A DNA stretch of 64,000 bases from Isurus oxyrinchus (lineage: Eukaryota): contig JANJGN010000038.1 of NCBI GenBank assembly GCA_026770705.1, forward strand, positions 12,710,001-12,774,000, given 5' to 3'. Below, one piece after another: positions 63,285 to 64,000 of this stretch; the stretch's first letter is position 1; every line of letters begins with the position of its first letter. Made by a program: the position numbers and the translations under genes. The notes under the pieces were generated by a model that was not told where the DNA came from, did not search any database, and saw nothing but the letters and a program-made list of their open reading frames with translations.

Positions 63285-64000
63285 GACTGGGAACAGCGCA
63301 GAAAGAAGCTATTCTGATCGCCATGCCCGTGCCCGTTCTCTGCAGCAGCCACTCATCTAGACCCAATTCTCCGCCCTGCATTGTTTCTCTCTCAGATAAT
63401 TATGCAATTCCCTTTTGAAGCCATGACTGATTCTCCCTCCAGGGCATTCCAGAGCCTATCCGCTTGCTGAGTGAAAGCAACATTACTTTTATTCCCTTCC
63501 CTTGTGTGACATTTTTCACCTTAAATAAGTTTCCCCTCGTTCTTGATTCTTCCGCCAATGGAACAGTTTCTTGCTTTGTTTTCTGTCCAGGCACATCATA
63601 ATTTTTATTACTTCTATAAAATCTGCTCTGGCCCTTCTCTTCTCCAAGTTGAACAGCCACAGTTTTTCTAAACCACCCGTACAACGAAAACACCTCTTCC
63701 CTGGAACCGTTTTTGAAATTCGCTCCTGTACCCTAATTAATGCCTTCAGATCCTTCCAAATGTGTAGACACCAGAACTGATCATAATATTCCATTTAATG
63801 TCAAGCATTTGTGTGACAACCAGCTTGTTTTTGCATCATATGCTTCTAATTATGAAGCCCCCGATTAGCTATAACTTTTTAACCATGTTTTCAACTTGTT
63901 CTGTTGCATCAATTGGTTTGTGCAAATATACCCTGCAGGTCACTCTGCACCTCCATTCCCCTGAGGAAAGTGCCCTTATTTATTCATTGCCTTGCCTCGT
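63285..64000 (-). mobile_element. Degenerate CR1-type 3' fragment
   Basis: ORF 63516-63794 LEKLWLFNLEKRRARADFIEVIKIM. Confidence 0.8.

Noticed and set aside
50300-64000. Additional V, D or J segments or a neighbouring gene upstream of the cluster
   Set aside because: No Ig-like ORF or heptamer-spacer-nonamer found by eye; the region is dominated by LINE and SINE remnants.
1-64000. Prokaryotic systems (CRISPR arrays, operons, retrons) suggested by the many RT-like ORFs
   Set aside because: All RT fragments are vertebrate non-LTR retrotransposons; there are no regularly spaced repeats, and the DNA is intron-containing shark sequence.

Overview
Eukaryotic, repeat-rich genomic DNA from a cartilaginous fish (shark). 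It contains one complete, unrearranged IgNAR (heavy-chain-only antibody) cluster on the minus strand, spanning about 14.0-50.3 kb. In transcription order: octamer/TATA promoter, leader, V, D1, D2, D3, J (all with 12/22-23 RSSs), C1-C5 with secretory tail and poly(A) signal, TM1, and TM2 with a second poly(A) signal. Every splice junction is GT-AG and phase-compatible, and I found no stop codons in the exons. Two features stand out. (1) Downstream of TM2 is a diverged duplicate (1-4576, matching 16878-23058) holding a second TM1 exon. It is intact except for one extra base in a homopolymer, and the shifted frame reads as a hydrophilic, tailpiece-like C-terminus. (2) The germline V has tandem Cys28-Cys29 in CDR1, and all three D segments can encode Cys. 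The rest is mostly CR1-type and other LINE fragments (some nested), Deu-domain SINEs, a probable solo LTR and a 144-N assembly gap. From memory the V resembles horn-shark (Heterodontus) VNARs, but the species is not established. Repeat boundaries are approximate; exon and RSS coordinates were read base by base.
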